Numbered from the stretch's first letter, positions 25,921-39,845 are shown. The stretch is DNA of 64,000 nucleotides from Isurus oxyrinchus (GCA_026770705.1 JANJGN010000041.1:3162001-3226000), one strand, 5' to 3'. A program made the numbers and translations. The notes: a model not told the origin generated them from the letters alone.

Positions 25921-27249
25921 TGATGTTTAATTGCACTAGAGAAGCTGGTGCTGAGCAGTCCCTCGGTTCAAGCTGGCTAGGCAGTTCAATGTCATCCTTA
26001 ATTGACTTTTCTGCAGAGTGTCTATAAAACTGATTATTTGCTCGGCCATTTCTAAGGGCAGTTAGGAGTCAACCACGTTACCGTGGGACTGGAATAACTT
26101 GTAGGCCGTGCAGTGTGAGGCCGACATTAAATGGCATTACAGAACAAGATTTTTAAAGACAATCCAATAATGCCATTGTCACAATTCGCGGGTTTATTAT
26201 GCAAGGATTTTCTTTCCGGATTTCGTTTAATTGGAAGTTTGTTGGGTGTGTAAAAACTTTAATGTTTCTTAGAGTTCCCAATTGCGCGAATTCCTTGCGA
26301 GTCAACTCCAGCGCTTCCTTTATGATTAGTTACATGCATTTCGCTGCCTTGAGAACGGTAAGGCTTCAAACCGTGCATCAACTCTCTGTGTCTGCAGACA
26401 ATTCTGTGTTATGCATGACAACCAGTGCCATAAGACCTCCCATGGTGTATCCCTTCACTGTGTTTATAAACAGTTCAGTTCCCTGGGTTAGAGTTTGCTT
26501 CATCCGGTCTTTTTGAAGAGACTACCGGGTCCAGGCCACTTTCACCCACCACCACCACCACTCCTGCACGGCAGAACCGCTCCAAATCTCTGTCTCCCTT
26601 TTCTGCTTCAAGATATTTTTTAAGACCGACCCGATTGACTAAACCTTTGATCAGTTGTCCAGTTATGTTGTGTGGACCTAATGTGAAGCAACCTGAGCCA
26701 CGTGTTAATTGTGTCATATCAATATGAGTTGTTGTTGTCAATTTGCCGTATAATGCTCTATGCAGCATCTTTAGTTGTTTTACTTTGTTTATATTCAATA
26801 CAACTACACGAGGGCTTCCATTGCTGCACTTCGGATTCTGTGTCATGCTATATGTGTGGTTGTAAGGATCAGTGCATGAATCCCGTCATCCCATTCCTTA
26901 TCACTCATCGGGCAATATGACAGGAGGTCCTGGGCCGATCTTCTCAGAGGGAAAACCATGATAACTCCCTGTTCCCTGAAATCTCCCTGCTCTGTGTTTG
27001 GTGTTCAGTGAGAATTTTTTGTACGATTTCCACAAACAGTGTAACAGACGTTGCAGAGCCCTGACCCCTTACAGATTGAATAATCGTCAAGGAGGTTTAG
27101 GAAGAAATTTGACAAAGTAAATTAGAAAAATGCTCAAACACAGAAACAATCACCACTATTATTGGCATTGGACTGACTATTTCAGACGTTGAACATATAT
27201 TTTTGAGAGAGAGTATGAGAGAGAGTGAGAGAGAGAGCGAGTAAGAGAA

Positions 27250-29230
27250 AGAGAATTTACTGCGTCCGTCACCCACCATGGGCTTGCCTTCCCCCGAGAA
27301 CGGGTTCATTGCGCTCCCTCCAGAGAGAAAATTGGTAATTCCCGACCTTCCGGCGAAAATCTCATACTCCCCCACCGTGGCAGGCATATAGTCCCCTGGT
27401 CGCTGCTTTCATTGGGTATCGCTCATCTAAGGGAACTTCTGAAGCTCCTCCTCGCCCGGTATTCATGCTATATATCTACTCCTCACCACTTTTAATGTAA
27501 TATATGCCACAGGGCCCTAGTTGTAGGTGATATACATCCTCTTCGCTGATTTACCTGGCAAAGTTCACCCATTGCCGGGTCAAACCAAAGAAATAACACC
27601 CCGTCCATTGGACCTGGCATAACCCCACACTCCACCAACCCAGCCCCCGCAGGGTACCTGGTAGAAATCTCCTTCTTCTTGGAAAATCTTGTTTCTCATT
27701 GACTGCCCTGCAACACGTAATATAAATTTACCCCTCTGCCAATTAAGCTTTAACATCAACCCCCTGTTCGATTTTCCCCCTACTTTTTGCATGAATAAAC
27801 ACTATGCCTAGTTTATCTCGCGAACTGTTCTGCAACCAGACTTATCCCACTGTACTGGTATATATCCACATCCCATTGCGCCGATTATACCTCTCCCAGT
27901 ATACTTGGTTTGCCTCCCTAACCACACCACCACCAGTATCCTGGCACACCATCGCCCTCTCCTGGTGTTACTGATATACATAACGCTCCACTGACTGTGC
28001 TTCATGACCTCCTTTCTCTACTTCTACATATCTGATTTATGCCCCATCCCACCAGTTTAACTGGCAGATCAGTTCCTCCATCTGGAGAACATCCGTATTT
28101 TGAGCATGCAACGCAGCATAACTTGTATCTCATTCATCCCTACCTTCCTGCAGATGTGCATCACCACAATTCAACAATGTTTTTTCCCTCCATCCTTTGT
28201 CCCGGTATCTCATTCCCTCGTGAAACTGGTATGCCTCCCCCGAACAAGTGTCATGTCTGTTGTATCAACACTATTCCACTCTATATTAGAAAACAAAAGC
28301 TTAATCTGGTCTGCAGGGATATCAGCCACCAGCCAGTAAATCATGCTGTATCGTCCCATTTTTTCTTGTCAACCTGGTATATGACATCTGCCCCATTGTA
28401 CCATTAGCACCACTATGCTCACCGCTTATAATTGGTATACCCCTGTTTTCAACGGAAGTTTTTTTTTACATATAGCAATGTACTTGTCACAATACTCAAC
28501 CACCCCCACCCCGCTGCGCCCGTTATTCATGGTGACAGCTTTTGGGCAGGCAGGTGTTGTTGTAATGGAGCAGCACGTTTGTGGCGGCCCGTGATATTCA
28601 TGAATCAGTCGGGACCCACCACTGTTTTCGAAGCAAGAGGACGAGTTAATGTTTGGTCACAGTAGTCGCTAGTTTTCCAACCTGCACTGTCATCATCATT
28701 ACTAGCCCATATCCTCATCTGCTCTCCCAAAAGACCGTCTCCACACTAATGCCTTCAGCATTTTCGTGATAGCACGTGGGGTGACTTTATTTGACTAAAG
28801 ACTGGCATTTGCGATACTGGGGACAAAACCTGTTGCTTATTTGGATCATCTATGCACATATGGTTGAAATTGTTGCAAATATTTCTGCCTTGTTGTATGC
28901 TCTCGTGTGTCCTCCCATCAATGAGGTTGGGGATGTTTGTGCAGTCTCCGCCTTCAGTTAGTTGTGTTTTTGGTCACAGTCACTCATGTCTGGATTTGGA
29001 AAAACTGAAGATTTAACCTCTGGTCCGTTTGTTGGGGGAACCTTTTTACCTGCCCACCACATGTTTCTTTGGATGTTTGTTATGGAAGTTTCAATTTGTT
29101 GCAGCTTTGCAACATGATTTTGAAAGTTTTTCATCTCACTTTTAGGAATGTCTGGCAGTGTTCCCACATGCCAGCATCCCACAGCACACCATCGCGCCCC
29201 ACTGCCCGCGCTCTTCTGACAGCCAGAGTT
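27250..29230 (-). mobile_element. Possible highly decayed LTR-retroelement/ERV internal region
   Basis: Strongly purine-biased minus strand, unlike the local LINEs. Hints are KQWWVP..LIHEYHG (integrase zinc-finger-like, about 28580-28630) and a Cys/Trp/Gly-rich stretch with RSRERRS (about 28000-28030). Weak evidence. Confidence 0.3.
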
Positions 29231-31149
29231 TAGCTACAGTTTGATATTAATTGCAACGTGAGGTATATGCAGGGCCAAGGTATTACAGCTTGTGGTTGCA
29301 TACAATGCTACCGCCGTTGTTCTTCCCCAGGCGGTATGAATGCCCATTTTCCAGTTGTTAGAACTATTCCATTTAACCCGCTCATAGAGCCGCATTATAT
29401 GATGGTGCATATCTGAATGTGAGCATGGGAGTTAATCACCAATACAATTGTGAGGTGCTCACTCTTTCTTCTGCTTTCATGTTTACATGCATCTGAAACA
29501 GATAGATTGGTGAGGAGGAAGTAACATAGATTTGTCTTCCGTGTTGCTGGTTCCTTCACCAGCAGCTACTGAGCCAGTCCAGCAGCAATGTATTTTATGA
29601 GTCAGACAGTTTGGAAAGCAATAGTGTGACTGAGCCACCCTTGATGAAGCGCATTGAAGTTCCTCAAGCAGATTGTGGTTTGTGACCTTGCCAGCCAATA
29701 AGATTCTTCCAATTGGTTCTCAACGTGGAAGAGTTCTGATTCTTCAATTAAACAGAGAATGTTTCAGGGTCTTATCATTTTCTCATTTTTCCTTCTGCCT
29801 TTTCTCTGCACCCGAGCTATATTACCTCTGTTTGTTTTTCCCTCTCTCTGCACGAGCTATCCATTGCACTCTAAATACAAATAGGGCCGCTCATTTACGT
29901 CAATTATACAGACGCCTCCAATCTCACCCAGAAGGGAAAGGTGGTTCGCTTTCAAATGTCAGAACAGGGGACCCCACATCCCGCCCCTAAAGCGGAGTGT
30001 AAGGCGCGTTCGTCACAATTATCTATACCCAAGGCACGTCTGTGTCCACCACAGTCAAACATCGAAGCATTTGCAAACTGGTCACTCTATTCATCCAAAT
30101 TCTTGAGAACAGTGACATTCAACATCTATTACCTTTCAATACCTCTTCTACCAAAGTGTATTATTTTACCCAGCAATGCATTAAATTGCAACTACTAATT
30201 CACTGCCAATTTTGCTCGTTTCTCCAAGTCCGATTGCAGTGGATTCGTACCATCCTGAGTGGTTGACCGCCACCTTACCATGTGTGTATCTGTAACATAT
30301 TTTGAGACGTGGTCCTGTGTTCAAAAATCCTGCTGGTTTATAGAGAGCAAAACGAACACCCGCCAACAGAGATCCTTGGGGAAATCTAGTAGCTACCATC
30401 ATCCAGGCTGAAACAAAACGATTACCAGCAGTTTCTGTTTTCAGTAACCAAGTTACTGAATTGTATACAATTGGATAGAGACTCCCTGCTTCTGCCCTCT
30501 TTCATGAGCCTAAATTTTCTTATCAGCCTTATCTGTGCTAAATTGTCAATTAATACCTCAACACCCATTCAGCCAACATGTCCTGTGTTATCTTCCTTAA
30601 TTTTCCCTGCTCTGACATCAGAATGCAAACTAAGTTTTTCAAGTATGTTCTTAGTTTAAAGCATGTCTTTTACAAATCCTTGATCATTCTCAATTAAAGT
30701 TAACCGTCTCAAATTCCTGGCGGAAGCTTGGCTGTAAGGTCAGATTTGGTTATATTTTTAGTACTGCAGCTGAACAGTGAGAGCAGTGAATTAGAGAGAG
30801 ACGGGGGCTGAGCACCAAAAGGTAGTATTTTTAAAACGAGGGGACAGTTGAGATGTCAGAGCAGGAACTTAAATTGAGAGGGAGCTGAGCTTCCAGAGGG
30901 GAGATTTAAAAAGAGCGGGAGCTGAGCTGCCCGAAGAGATAGTTAGAGCGGGAGCTAGATAATCAAATCACAGATTGAGAATTACCAGGGGCTGTTCACC
31001 CAAAGCAGAGAGTTAATAAAAGAGCGGGAGCTAAATAGCGATTTCAGTGTTTTATAAGAAGCTGGAACATTGATTTGACTATGGCAGAGCATGGTTCTCA
31101 GAATGGAGAATTGGAATGTGCAGTAGTTGTGCAGCCACTTAAACAATTA

Positions 31150-32100
31150 TTTTTGTATATTCAAATACGGGATTTTGGCTTCAATCGCTGGCACAGCATT
31201 TCTTGCAAATCGTAGTTACCCTTATCAAGATGGTGGTGAGCTTCCTTCTTGAACTGCATCAGTCCCTGGTGTGCCTGTACACCCACACCTGATAGGGATG
31301 GAATCCCAGGATTTTGACCCAACGATATTGAAGGAACAGCGATATGTTTTCAAATCTGGGCTGTAAGTAGCTTGGGGGGATCTTGGAGGTTTTGGTGATC
31401 CCGGTAACCTGCTGCCCCTTATCGTACTGGGTGAGAGAGTCGTGAGCTTGGAAAGTCCTACCAAAAGGCCTTGTTGAATTGCTGAAGTGCCTCTTGTAGA
31501 TGGCACACAGCTGCCATTGTTTTCCAGCGTTGGAGGGACTCAAAGTGTGTCGATGTGGTGTCAATCAAGCGGCTGCTTTGTCCTTGAAGCTGTCAAGCTT
31601 CTTTTGTTTTGTTGGAGCTGCACGCATCTAGGCAAGTGGAGAGTATAGCATCAAATTCTTTCCTTTGCCTTGAAGATGGTGGATAGAATTTGGGGAGCCA
31701 GGAAGGGTGTTACTCTCCGCAGGATTCTGAACCTCTGAAGTGGGTTTGTAGACATCGTGTTTATATGCCTAATCCAGATAAGTTTACAGTCAAGGATAAC
31801 AGCTGATAGTGGGAAATTCATTAATGCCATGGAACGTCAACAGGCATTGGTTGTATTATCTCTTTTGGAAATGGTCATTGCCTGGCACTTGTGTGGTGTG
31901 AATGTTGTTTGCCAATTGTCAGCCAAAGCCGGTACATTGTCCAGAACATGCTGCACTTGGCCATGGGGTGCGACAATATCTCAGTAGTGGGGGATGGTGT
32001 TGAACATTGTGCATCATCATCGAACATCCCAATTCTTGACTTTGCATTGAGTGAAGATCCTTGATGAGTGAGCTAAACATCGTTGAGACTCGGTCACTAC
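31150..32100 (-). mobile_element. Family A LINE 3' portion, paralogous to 8360-9290
   Basis: gatggtggtgagcttccttcttgaactgc, ccaggattttgacccaacg and catcatcgaacatccc, at the same position relative to the GPCR stop as in the left arm. Confidence 0.8.
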
Positions 32101-33559
32101 CCTGAAGAACTCAGGTTCCCTCAGGATCTAAAAGGACTGGCAGCTCAGCAGCCAGGGTGTATATTTAGAAAGTTCAGGTGCCAAAACTTCAGAAGAACTA
32201 TTTAGAAAAGAGTGTTAGGCTATCTGTCGTTGTGGGTATTTAGTTATTCAGGTCCAAAGCATCCTGTGCGAATATTTCACGTTCACTGTAGATGCTCGAA
32301 AAGGCAGCTCACGTTCACTTTGCTGTAAGAGCAATTAGTGGTTGGCAGTAAATGTTTTTCTTGCCAGCTATGTCCCTCATGCCATGACCGAATCATTTTT
32401 TCAAATGTTCATTTATTCCTTGACGGCGCGTATAGGTTTGTAGCCATCGCCACTGTACATTGGCCATTTTAATTGGCAGTACTTCTGGCGAACCATTTTC
32501 CCAGATGTTTAGACAGCTCAACTAGGAAAGGTCAAGGCGATTTTGTGTTTGTATGTGAGAAAGACGAATGACCCAGACAGTATGCACAAGGAGGAGGAGT
32601 GGATGACGGCTGCAGCTTCAACTCAGGGAGCCAATGAGGAAAGGGTGAGTCAAATTATCTGCTCTATGCTGTAATCTGTGTATGGTTGCATTCTACGAAC
32701 TTTGTTTAAGTAAATTAAAGGTGAATAAATGATAAGAATATGTGAAGAGAAGAATTATATTATATATTTTCACATTCAAAATGCATAGGAATACAAAGGA
32801 AGAAGATTATGGTAGGGCCATGAACGAGTAGAGGTTTCATAGCTGAGAATTGTTGCGGATATCTGGTTGAAGCTTTACTCGTTATTTTGATGAGTGGATG
32901 TCAAGTTAATATTTTTTAGACGCCACAGCATCTGTGAGTTGTGATGACAACCATTTGGTGGCTGTGTGTGTGAAAGGACCAGAGAACATGAAACAGAGTG
33001 TTGTGAATGAGCATGTGGGGAGTAGGCAGCCCCTATGTTCGTGAGTAATTAAGTATGAGTTTTGTAAGCTTTCAAATGAATCGTAGGGAAATTCAGAGAT
33101 ATGTAACCGTCTCTAAGTCCTATAGATAGTGAGAATGAGTAATAAAAGTTACCACATGATCAATTGCGCCCATGCCCGGTATTGAACAATGCATGTCATG
33201 GCCAGGAGCTCCTCCTTTTTTAATCATGGAACTTTGAATAGCCACTAATTGTGCAACAGTCTGATATCTGGTTGGAGCCAGTTTTCATGCAACCGGTTCT
33301 GAAAACCGCCCTTTATTTTATTCAGTCCTGAACAGAAAATGAAAGGTATTTGTGACGTTTTTCTATGTCACGGTTTTTTGAGTTATTGTCATCTAGCTGG
33401 TGATGTTTGGGGTGTTCTCTTGTTGATCAGAGCAGCTGTATAATGATCTCTATGGATTCAGAACCTGGAATCATATTTCCTCCTTTCAAACTCTGCAATA
33501 ATAACACGGGCTGTTCAGTAAAGAAATTTTCTTATTACCATCACGCCTCAAGCCCAGCA

Positions 33560-33565
33560 TTTATT
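33560..33565 (-). terminator. Candidate polyadenylation signal for GPCR copy 2
   Basis: AATAAA on the minus strand about 170 nt after the stop, a similar distance to copy 1. Confidence 0.3.
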
Positions 33566-33735
33566 AGAGTATACTGCGAAAAGAAGTTCAATTTGAGACT
33601 ATACTATAAAGGAGTATTTTTAGCAGGGATATAATTTTATCCAGAGTGGCCATACATTACTTAAGGTATTTTGGTAATTTGAGACCCTTCAGGTACAATG
33701 TTTATGTAGTCCTGTAAACGTCAATAGATTTTCAG

Positions 33736-34623
33736 TTATAATTTGACTAATTTTACGCACAGTTTCACAAGGTACTGCATTCCGTTCCTCAGCTCCTCCC
33801 TAAATTTAGCCTGTGTCAGCACATAAATGAATGTATTTGTGCAGCAACTGAGGACCCCAAGCATGACTCCAACTAACTCAAGCTGATTAGTGCCAGAATA
33901 TGAAATTATTGTTGTACGCACAGAGACAACATATGCAACTGGAGTTGCCCAGAGCATTATAAAGCTGCCGGTTATACTGAAGAGTAAAATTATCGACTTT
34001 CTTCGGCTTGCAATCTCTGGATCTTTGTGATGCTCTCCATTGCAGCAACCGCGGAGACCCCTGTGAACTTTACTGGCGGCCAAAATACATCTCACCGTCA
34101 AAATATTTAGCAACAAAATTAAAATGAATGGAACCAATGTGGTCAAAGTAAGTGTAAACAAATCAAACGTAGCCCATTCAGCATTAGTGTAAAATGCCTG
34201 TTTTAGGAAGCAACCACGAGGTATATTGTCAATTATATATGCAGGTTCATAAGCAAAACACCAGGGAATGTTTATCAAACAACTCAAAACATTCACTTGA
34301 TATGACAGCTACGCCTGTTGTCTCTGTGCAATATTTTTTTCTCCGTTCTTCACAACATATCGCCACAAAACGATCGAAGGTGAACGCCAATGTTAACCAG
34401 ACAGAGGCTGATGTGACTACATAAATCAATGTCTCAGTTAGATGGCACACCGTGCTCATGGTCAAGAATGAATCCGGGAAATAAATACCCAGCATCTCCT
34501 TCAGTATGACTTCAGTACAGATAAACAGGAGATCAACCGCTGCCATTGCAATCATGGAGAGTGTAATGCATTTGGAGAGACCACACTTTCTTCTGGAAAG
34601 GATCACAATCGCAACAACATTAG
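33736..34623 (-). pseudogene. GPCR copy 2 terminal exon with a single 2-bp frameshift (recent pseudogene, null allele or assembly error)
   Basis: ORFs 34247..34747 and 33736..34296 are the two halves of a paralog about 71% identical to copy 1 (my by-eye count, about 87 differences in about 296 aa). Copy 1 reads tca ATG GTG agt and copy 2 reads tca A-- GTG aat at 34297/34296. Acceptor ccctcacttacAG at 34625-34624. The repaired gene would encode 319 aa. Confidence 0.85.
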
Positions 34624-37600
34624 CTGTAAGTGAGGGATAGAGAGAGAAGAAGCTAGACGTCATAGCGGAACAAGGCACTTTCTCTTCCAGTTGCAGCAAA
34701 GCCTCATGCATTTGACGCAAACATGCATGGCCTGCTTCCCGAGACAACCATGTACTAAATGTGGATTGGACTTAGTAAATGTGGACAGGGAATTGTTTAT
34801 TCCTCTTTTAATAGGAGCATCATCAATTAAACTGGGCAACTACTGTGCAATAACGATTGAGTTTTTTGAGGGAGAATCTGATATGGACAATTTGATGGTA
34901 CAAAAAAGGCTGGGCATGTTGAATTTCAAATAGTAAATGGGAGGTGTAAAGAGACAATGCATGTGTGAAGGTGCAATATCAATTTGGAAATGAAGTCGCA
35001 AAACAGAATCTGGGCTATGTAGAGGTATACTCTGGTAGAGGTTGTGGTGCAATAAGTGTTGTGCGGTTGACAGATGCAATAAATTTTTGAAAGGGTTACT
35101 GTGACACAGGACTGACAGATCGAAGGTAGAGTGTGGCCCAGCAGCATGGGCATACTCCGAAGGCTTGGAAGTATAAAGATAGAATAGGATTTGCACAGGA
35201 CATGTTAGATTGGTCACTGAGCTACAAAGTAACGCTAGCATAGACGAGGCCGAATAAAGGTTTACCCAGGAGTCCTCACAGATGCGGTCCAATGACAATC
35301 AAAATATGCTGACATTTTTATGCAAATGAGCCAGATGTTTTATGGCAGACTCAGAAATCTAAGATTAATATGCAGGCTGGGCACTTTGAAGGTATAGGTC
35401 AGGTGAATGCATCGCTAATTCATTGCCGATAAAAGTGAAGCAACATTGCTTTTCCGACTGGGTATGGTTGGTGCTGATCATGGGGGCAGTTCAATGGCCG
35501 ATTGGGAATGGTGACATTGCTGTCAGATTAAGGGTGGAATATTTGTTGGCCAACGGGAAGGCAGAGTAGCTATTGCCTGGGACAACGCTTCTTTCTGAAA
35601 AGATTAGTTTTAAAGTGCAGTGAATGGATTTTGCAAACTGCAGGGTCAATAGGAATCACAGCGATGCAAGACACATTGTTGTTAAAGTGTAGAGCGCGAG
35701 CAATTCCAAGATGTGATTCCGGTCAGGTTCAAATTAACTATCTTTTCTGAGGCGACAGGAGAGCGTTCCGATTGATTGATCGGCTGTAGATTATATCTCT
35801 TTGTTTCCGAAAGGTCACTTGCATTTCATTCACACTTTCCGTGAGAAATGAATTGAAATGTGAAGCTAAACACTGACCGTTGAAGGACACAAAGTGCAAA
35901 ATGTCCAGGTTGACATGGATCGTGATGGGCAGATCGATTTGAGTTGGTAGATTATTTTAGGTCCAATATATCTTTAGAACAGGAAAACAGCGAAGTGTTG
36001 ATTACCCGATGAAAAAAAGCTAAATCCTAACATTTGCAAGGATAAATTAACGTACTTTGCAGCTATTTTCAATTTGGATTGGTTTGGATCATAACATCCT
36101 TGAATTTTAGCAATATTTGGTAAAATGCATATTTCTTTTTCAAAATGCAAGAACATTTTTAGTGAATTAGAGATCTAATTCAATGTTTGTGCTATTATAT
36201 AGATTACATTGAAACATTTCTACTAATTACTGATTAACTTCAAAGATCTTTATAAATCAAGCGAAACTGACGTGAGCCTCAGATGATCATGGCTGCATCA
36301 TTGTTTCTGCTGTTATCTTAATAAAACTCTGTTGTCTTTTGAAGATAATAGTTTCACAGTGAATCTCAATGAACCAATTCGCTTTGCCATACATTTACTA
36401 ACTTAATGCACACGTTTACTTAAATTTTATCTGCATTTCAAAGCCAGGTAAATAACTCTAGTTTTAAATAATATCCAAATTAAGTAATTGGTTCGCATCT
36501 GAATCTGTATTTGTGGTTCTGATGCCTATGTTGCAGGACAGGATTTCTTGGCTCTTGCAAGGGTACAGAATAGCGTTTCGGCTGAAATCTCCGATCACTC
36601 AGGATTCCCAGATTAAGGAATAGAAAATGTGCATTCTCAGAATGAAGGGATGAGTAAAAAGAGATTTTATTGAAGTACCAAGTACTTTCAAGGCTTTGCA
36701 ACCTGGAGCACTCTGAAAGTGTACTTTTCAGAAACTTGAATTTAGGAAAACATCAATGCAGTGGAGCAATGTCTATAAACGTGGTGGTGAATTAACATTT
36801 TGGATCATATTAATTCCCAAAGATGTTGATTAATTATTTACAGGAACTTTGAAAAAAGTAAGTCGTGTTAGTCGGATAAAGATAAACAGAATGTTTGCAT
36901 TTCTGCATCAGCTTGTGAATTGGCAAGCTCTGACCACACAAAAAAAGCTATCTTTATAAGGTGACATCCCCAGCCCAGTTGTCAACTGCTGCCTCGGATT
37001 CACAATTTTCTAACTGGAATGAAAGCGACAGACATTGATGTACTGATGGGAACTGTCACAGATAATTACAAACAGCCTTGAACACGCCAGGTAATGTATA
37101 TAAGCTGATGTTTGATTTTCTGTTGACCGTGTAGGCTGCACTGGAAAGCGGGGGAAACATTAGAAAAGCAAAGCCATTTTGATTCAATTACAGCCCAAAA
37201 GAAGCGTCAAAAATTAAGGTTTACCTTCAATTATCCTATACCTATTATTCCGTGAGTAAATCTGATATTAATAGCCTTACAATGTCATTAATATTCACCC
37301 AGAGGCATAAACATCAATTCGCTATTTGGAATTAAACAAAGATGGTTGACCAAATTATCAGTACCTGAAGCTGTACTGGCCGGAACTGTAAATAAGGAAA
37401 CAGTTAAAAGTAGGAAAAATACAGTACTGTTCACAGTTATAGATTGAAGCAGTCAATGTTTGAACAAATTAATAATCAAAACTAATATCCAATAAATTAT
37501 CAGCATGTTTCCAGAATTGTCCTCCTAATTAATCATTGAGATGCTCCAAGAAAAAACCACACTATTTTCTAATGAAGTTAACATTGAATTATCCAAACAG

Positions 37601-39529
37601 TATTATATCTGTCAAATTAAGTGTACAGCTATCAAGTATATTATCCATATAAGCTCCTGGTAAATTAAATAGAGAATTGAACATTTATATATGCTGCGGA
37701 ATTACTCTCTGCAAATGCAGTCTACATCTCACCTGTTATTGATTTGCTGTTTGTGAAAAGAAACATAGAGCAAGTGCAGTGTCCTTTGATTAATGTGCCT
37801 CTTGGTGTTGTTCCCGCAAACACCCCAGTCTGATAAACCACAGAGCAATGGAGTTTCTGCCACTTTCATAAATCCATATCAGTTCAAGAGCGATGTTTGC
37901 TTCGCAGTGTAAGCACAAAATAACAATTTTCTTTGGCATTGTTTGTATGCAAAGCAGATGCTACAGCTCCAATTCATTCCAGGGACGTGGTGACTACTCT
38001 GGCAAATGCAACACAGAGCGAGATCCACTGAACATTGTTTTTGGTTATGACACATTGCAGCAGACTCGGTAGCGACAGTTACAGTAGAAAGGCAGGACAA
38101 GTTCACCCGCTGCATGTTTAAAACGCTAAAAATGATTTAGGTTCATAAAGCAACATTACATTAAGTAGGCATCGGATTTGATTTTATGTTTTTTCAGAAA
38201 TGTGAGATTGGTAAATGCAAAATAGGTGATCGGAACCCTATTGTCCCACGCAACATCCCTTAGACGGCCTCCCCCTCCTCAACTCATCAAATCCCGGGGA
38301 AGAGGCAATGAGTGATGTAAAATGGTGTCCGCGTCCAATTGGCAGTGAACGCCTAGTCCTCATGTGGCAGAGTGTAATGCCATGTACAGAGAATTGGTAT
38401 GGCTACAAGCTCAATACAACCTACTTTCAGCAAATTTTTCGAAAAATGCTTTTCATTGAAAACTCAGGCAAGAAACAAAAAAGTGAGAAAAATGCATGCC
38501 GATGCTGTCATCTTCCCCAGCACAACCTGCTGCTGCATTCGATCATGCTCCCGGAGGCAGGAGTTCCCTTCCGCACATTTGCCGTCTCACAGTAGCTGCT
38601 CAAAAACGCTTACTTTCTCTCGAATGAGCCATGGGAAATGCAATGCTCCAAACAGGAAAACATACCATTGGTTCGCTCACAAGCTCAATAACCTGTTAAT
38701 TTGTAACTTGCGAAAAGTGGGCCCGCTCGTTCTCTATCTGCAGTTGTGGAGAATAACGAACCCGGCTTCCTTACACCTGATGCACGTAATTGATATTCGT
38801 GCAGATTCAACGTTTTTGAGGGGTGGGGGAGGGGGGTGATGGGTGATGCGGGGGAGCACGTTTCTGGGTGGGGTGGGTGCGAGGTGGTGATGGGCAGTGT
38901 GGGGGTGGGGGTTCGGGGTGCGATTTGGGGAAGAAATGTCCAGTCAATCGTTTTGGCTACAGATTTAGACATTCAGGAGCGAAATGAAGATATAAATCCT
39001 CAGCTTGGAACCAGAGTACTGCAAAAGGATTGGAATTAAAACATGCCCATTGTTGTTAGCCTTAGTTTAGTGCTGCAAAGTAAACATGCAGGGACGTCCT
39101 TTCATTATCAAATGACAAAAACATTCATAGATTCGGGATTATGCAGCACTTTATTTTCGTGGGATACATTGGCAAGATGAGCATTTTTTTTTCCGAGATC
39201 ACATATTCTTCTTGTTGGTGTCCATGTGATGCGGGTGCACACACAATGTTACTAGCGATGCATTTACAGGTGTTTGATCCACAGGCAATCAGGGAACGCT
39301 GATGTATCTCCAAGTCAGGATGGGGTGTGACATCGATAGGTTTTTGCATTAATATTGTTCCAATGCCACTTCTGTCCTTGCCCTTCCAGACTTTCGATGA
39401 GAACCAGATAACTACTCGGGGAGCATAGGTGTTCCAAAATCGGACCATTTATGTCTCAGTTAGCAATCTGTGTGCTAAGATAGATGTTTCATTACTTACG
39501 TCCTGGCGTCAGTACTGGTGAACAAAATT

Positions 39530-39845
39530 GTCAGCCAATGCGCCATTGCCATAGAGAAGTAGTTCTGCACTATAGGATGTAGTAACTTTCAAAACAGATG
39601 TCAGTTCGTTTCACAGGGAAAACGTCAAAGATTCCTTGCCTCTATTTCAATCACCAACCTTGTCGTAGCCCCGTAGGTCCTGACTACCATTTAAACTTCT
39701 GCTAAACCCCACAAAACGGATGATCTGGTCATTGTCAACTTGCTGCTTGTGGAATATTCCCGACCGTTTGCATCACTTCAGTGACAACACTTCATATAAA
39801 TCTATTAAGCTGGTCGATAATTGAGGTTGTAGAAATGCATGTATT
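39530..39845 (+). mobile_element. Old SINE with Deu-domain-like core (SacSINE1/AmnSINE-like, from memory)
   Basis: cacaaaacggatgatctggtcattgtcaacttgctgcttgtgg and cagtgacaacacttca resemble the DeuSINE central core. Confidence 0.5.

Larger units (their letters stand above)
30485..39400 (-). repeat. Right arm of inverted segmental duplication carrying GPCR copy 2
   Basis: Reverse complement aligns by eye to about 2840-10000, with arm-specific extra sequence (for example about 35300-37200). Confidence 0.85.

Noticed and set aside
34624-34747. In-frame upstream extension MSREAGHACLRQMHEALLQLEEK of copy 2, similar to ..LDQLHDSLLQQEK in ORF 5436..5792
   Set aside because: The similarity is explained by paralogous intron DNA. 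In copy 1 this frame is closed by TAA at 5790-5792, the extension lacks a TM1-like stretch, and a proper spliced first exon exists at 40383-40452.
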